A stretch of DNA of 64,000 bases. Origin: Marinicella sp. GTDB lineage: Bacteria; Pseudomonadota; Gammaproteobacteria; Xanthomonadales; Marinicellaceae. Of the stretch, positions 60,462-64,000 are shown in pieces (position 1 is the first letter of the stretch; the number at the start of each line of letters is the position of its first letter). The stretch is taken from NCBI GenBank assembly GCA_965230295.1, contig OZ246001.1, positions 2,368,001-2,432,000 of the forward strand, read 5' to 3'. A program made the position numbers and the translations under genes. The notes beneath the pieces are model-generated. The model saw only the letters and a program-made list of their open reading frames with translations. It was not told the origin of the DNA and ran no database searches.

Positions 60462-62789
60462 ATGAGTCAATCAGTGGTCAAAGTTAAACACGTCAACATC
60501 ATTGCGGCTGAAATCAAAGCCGACAACAAGCAAATTGAAAATGCCATCGAATTATTGGATGCCGGTGATACAGTTCCATTCATCGCACGCTACCGAAAAG
60601 AGGTTACCGGTGGACTGGATGACACCCAATTGCGACAATTGGAAGAACGGTTGGGCTATTTGCGCGAGTTGGATGAACGTCGTGAAACGATCATCAAGAC
60701 CATTGAAGAACAAGGCAAGCTCACAGATGCACTCAAGCGCTCTATTCTTGAAGCAGAAACCAAGACTCGGTTAGAAGATTTATATTTACCCTACAAGAAA
60801 AAACGCCAAACCAAAGCCCAAAAGGCGCGTTTGGCGGGTTTAGAACCCCTGTTGCAACAAATCATTGAACAACCCAATAAAGATGTTCATGTCCTGGCCG
60901 CTGAATTCATCAATAAAGAGCATGCCATCGATGATGCAGAAGCTGCTTTAGAAGGTGCCAGACAAATTGCCCTGGAAGACATGGGTGAAGATGCTGACTT
61001 GATCCAGTCTTTGCGGGATTGGTTGTGGATTGAAGGGGTGGTGATCGCCAAAGTCTTGAAAGGACAGGAAACCGAAGCCAAAGCCGCGCGCTTTAAAGAC
61101 TATTTTGATTTTTCTGAAGGCATCAATAAAATACCTTCACACCGCATGTTGGCATTGTTACGAGGTCGCAATGAAGGTGTACTGAGTTTAACCATTGACC
61201 ACCGTGACGTACTGGATGAAAACTTATTAACCCATCCTGCCATAGGTCTGTTGGTGCAACATACTGGCTGGGACATCGGTGCTTCAGACTGGTTGGCCCG
61301 AACCATCGAGTTGGGCTGGAAAGCCAAATTGCAATTAAAACTCAATCTACAACTCACCGCTCAATTGCGAGAACAATCAGATGATGCCGCGATTCAAATC
61401 TTCAACCGCAATTTAAAAGACCTGTTACTGGCAGCACCAGCCGGTGGACAAGTGACTTTGGGTTTGGACCCCGGGTTTCGGACTGGAGTTAAAACCGTGG
61501 TGGTCGATGGCAATGGTAAGTTACTGGATACAGCTGTGATTTATCCACACGCACCGCAAAAGCAGTGGGAAGGCGCCAAACAAACTTTGGTGAAACTGTG
61601 CCTACAACATGGCGTTAAATTGATCGCCATAGGTAATGGGACCGCATCGCGTGAAACGGATCAATTGGCAGCTGAGTTGATCAAACAAAACAAAGACATC
61701 ACCGCGCAGAAGATCATGGTTTCGGAAGCCGGTGCTTCGGTGTATTCGGCATCAGCTTTGGCAGCGGCAGAATTTCCTGATTTGGATGTTTCCTACCGGG
61801 GGGCGGTATCGATTGCCCGAAGATTGCAGGACCCTTTGGCCGAATTGGTAAAAATTGATCCCAAAGCAATCGGTGTTGGACAATATCAACATGATGTCAA
61901 CCAGGCCCAGTTATCCAAAGCTTTGGGTGATTGTGTGGAGGATTGTGTGAATAAAGTAGGTGTAGATGTGAACACGGCATCAGCGCCTTTGTTGAAATAT
62001 GTGGCGGGTGTGTCCGATTCTGTGGCCCAGGAGATTGTTAAATTCCGTGATGCCAATGGCAGCTTCAAGAACCGCAAGCAATTACTGAAAGTGAACCGTC
62101 TGGGAGAAAAAATGTTCGAACAATGTGCTGGATTTTTGCGGATTCGACAGGGCGATCAACCGTTGGACCAATCAGCGGTCCACCCTGAAGCCTATCCATT
62201 GGTGGAAAATCTATTGGCTCACATGAACACCCAGATTGAACAAGTGATTGGTCAGATGGGACCCTTGAGTCAATTGAACCCATCTGATTTTGCCAATGAT
62301 CAATATGGTGTGGCCACCATCAAAGACGTGATTGAAGAATTGAAAAAACCTGGGCGGGATCCTCGAGGTGAATTCAAAACAGCCACTTTTGACGAACAAG
62401 TGCATGAGATCAAAGACCTCAAGACAGGTATGCGTCTGGAAGGCGTGGTGACCAATGTGACTGCTTTTGGTGCTTTTGTTGATGTCGGTGTGCACCAAGA
62501 TGGTTTGGTTCACATCTCAGAATTGGCCGATCAATATGTCAAAGACCCGGCAGATGTGGTTAAGGCAGGACAGGTGATTAAAGTCCGGGTGCTGGATGTT
62601 GATGTCCAACGCAAAAGGATTTCACTGAGTGCCAAATCAGGAGAAGCCAGACCTGCTGGAAATAAAGAGGGTAAAGCCAAACAAGCGACCCATAAAGCCA
62701 AAAGACATCATAAAAAGGTTCAAAACAGGGCACCTCAAGGGGCCTTTGCTGGCGCTTTGGCTGATGCCTTTAAAAAAGCCAAAAAGTAA
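60462..62789 (+). CDS. tex: Tex family transcription accessory protein (S1 domain)
   Basis: TVPFIARYRKE, GLDPGFRTG, SEAGASVYS, IGVGQYQHD, FGAFVDVGVHQDGLVHIS. Confidence 0.96.
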   Translation: MSQSVVKVKHVNIIAAEIKADNKQIENAIELLDAGDTVPFIARYRKEVTGGLDDTQLRQLEERLGYLRELDERRETIIKTIEEQGKLTDALKRSILEAETKTRLEDLYLPYKKKRQTKAQKARLAGLEPLLQQIIEQPNKDVHVLAAEFINKEHAIDDAEAALEGARQIALEDMGEDADLIQSLRDWLWIEGVVIAKVLKGQETEAKAARFKDYFDFSEGINKIPSHRMLALLRGRNEGVLSLTIDHRDVLDENLLTHPAIGLLVQHTGWDIGASDWLARTIELGWKAKLQLKLNLQLTAQLREQSDDAAIQIFNRNLKDLLLAAPAGGQVTLGLDPGFRTGVKTVVVDGNGKLLDTAVIYPHAPQKQWEGAKQTLVKLCLQHGVKLIAIGNGTASRETDQLAAELIKQNKDITAQKIMVSEAGASVYSASALAAAEFPDLDVSYRGAVSIARRLQDPLAELVKIDPKAIGVGQYQHDVNQAQLSKALGDCVEDCVNKVGVDVNTASAPLLKYVAGVSDSVAQEIVKFRDANGSFKNRKQLLKVNRLGEKMFEQCAGFLRIRQGDQPLDQSAVHPEAYPLVENLLAHMNTQIEQVIGQMGPLSQLNPSDFANDQYGVATIKDVIEELKKPGRDPRGEFKTATFDEQVHEIKDLKTGMRLEGVVTNVTAFGAFVDVGVHQDGLVHISELADQYVKDPADVVKAGQVIKVRVLDVDVQRKRISLSAKSGEARPAGNKEGKAKQATHKAKRHHKKVQNRAPQGAFAGALADAFKKAKK

Positions 62790-62803
62790 ATGAATCTCCA
62801 AGG

Positions 62804-62851
62804 ACCTCCTTCCTTAGGAGGTTAAATGGGAAGGGGCTTTTATCAAGCCCC
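62804..62851. terminator. Two hairpins between convergent tex and the last ORF
   Basis: ACCTCCT-tcctt-AGGAGGT and GGGGCTT-ttatc-AAGCCCC. Confidence 0.5.
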
Positions 62852-62869
62852 AAACTTTTGTGAAAGTGC

Positions 62870-64000
62870 TTATTCTGACCAAATCAATTGTGCATCGAGC
62901 ATTGGCCATTGGTTGGTGATTTGCCCGGTTTTCATGTCATAAGTTTGAATCTGTTCTTCGGTTTTTATGATGAAATAATCCTGATCTTCATCAAAGCCCA
63001 CAATGTCCTCATATTCAATGGCTTGAGTCATGGCAAATGTCTGGTCATTGATTTGTGTGATTTGTTTGTTACTGAAAACCCAAACAGGAGCCGTCTTTTC
63101 ATCACCTTGATAAATCAGGAAGGTACCACGACCTGTGGCGATGGCTTTTCTGCCTGACAAATCACCGGCATTGAATTGCGTGACGTCATTGGTTTTCCAG
63201 TTGATTACATACAACTTGTTTTCAGTTCGGTTCAGAATCATACCGGTACTGGAGTATTTAAATCCAATATACATATATCCGGTTGCTCCGCCAGTGACGC
63301 CAGCTAAGGCCACAGTGGCCATGAATTGACCAAATTTCACCCCAGGCCGGCCCGTACCTGATCGTTCAATTAATTCTCCTGTTGGTACATCCACAACTGC
63401 CACTTCAGAACCCGTACCTTCTCTAAGGTATAACAGATTTCCTGAAGTGTTATAAAAGTAACTGGCCGTATCAAAGGGTAATTTTGTGACGGCATGTCGT
63501 TCTGATTGGCCCAAATCGAAGGTGGCAATACGATTTCTTTGTTTGACCAGGATTTGATCAAAATCATCGATCACATACATGTCGTCCGGGCTCAGGTTTT
63601 TGATGTCGTAGGCATGAAGTGTTGAGCTTTCTGTGCCTTTTAACTCGCTGAGGAAGACCCGTTTGCCTTTTTCATCGGTATTGATGCTGTATAACTTATT
63701 GGAAGTTTCGCTGCTGGCAAATACCGGTTGCGCTTTACTTTTACCTTCAATATTCACCTTGTTTTTAGACTTCAAATCAATCGCCTGGATCCAATATTGC
63801 TTTTTCTGTTTGGTCCCAGAGTATTTGGTCAGGTACAGGTGGTCATGGTGGATGGTTCCATATTGTCGGTACTCTCCAAGCTTACTGGTTAGGGCAACGT
63901 TGAAATCTGCTAAACGCAGTACAGTCAGTTCATCCTTACTGGTGTTGTTGATCAGGATGTAGTTTTTGTCAGAGGACAATGACACTTCATTTTTGAATTT
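62870..64000 (-). CDS. Hypothetical beta-propeller-like protein (5'-truncated by window edge)
   Basis: Frame is open to 64000; repeated short strands such as LYVIN..TNDV and VAVVD..TG. Confidence 0.6.
   Translation of the reverse strand, partial: KFKNEVSLSSDKNYILINNTSKDELTVLRLADFNVALTSKLGEYRQYGTIHHDHLYLTKYSGTKQKKQYWIQAIDLKSKNKVNIEGKSKAQPVFASSETSNKLYSINTDEKGKRVFLSELKGTESSTLHAYDIKNLSPDDMYVIDDFDQILVKQRNRIATFDLGQSERHAVTKLPFDTASYFYNTSGNLLYLREGTGSEVAVVDVPTGELIERSGTGRPGVKFGQFMATVALAGVTGGATGYMYIGFKYSSTGMILNRTENKLYVINWKTNDVTQFNAGDLSGRKAIATGRGTFLIYQGDEKTAPVWVFSNKQITQINDQTFAMTQAIEYEDIVGFDEDQDYFIIKTEEQIQTYDMKTGQITNQWPMLDAQLIWSE

Overview
Gene-dense chromosomal window from a gammaproteobacterium. A Xanthomonadales/Marinicella-like organism is inferred from the fused LysC-LysA, a serine-O-succinyltransferase-type MetX, exosortase H and GxWYxP-repeat secreted proteins. 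Positions 1-12.7 kb are the distal part of a surface-glycan locus: SAM methyltransferase, CDP-glycerol glycerophosphotransferase-family protein, a second YidC, Wzm/Wzt, FkbM methyltransferase, OafA-like acyltransferase, a GT4 and three sulfotransferases, running into nth. The rest is mostly housekeeping (aroE, hemB, map, glnD, lysAC, Lon-like protease, lolB-ispE-tRNA-Gln-prs-rplY-pth, prmC, ptrB, ettA, tex) plus envelope and regulatory modules (YtrA ABC operon, peptide ABC, two-component system + ankyrin + ECF/anti-sigma, XrtH, OmpA/Ig-repeat surface protein, second ECF pair, multidomain metalloprotease). No CRISPR, rRNA, prophage or transposase was seen. Best leads: (1) a glycan-locus YidC paralog paired with a TagF-like enzyme in a sulfated/methylated/acylated glycan pathway; (2) a probable ~85-nt sRNA or attenuator ahead of the two-component genes; (3) an anti-sigma with three tandem D-x-[IL]-x4-F motifs; (4) an inverse-autotransporter-like protein with an inserted OmpA domain; (5) a possible dual-start lipoprotein/cytoplasmic oligopeptidase B. 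All calls come from motif reading by eye; no searches were run.
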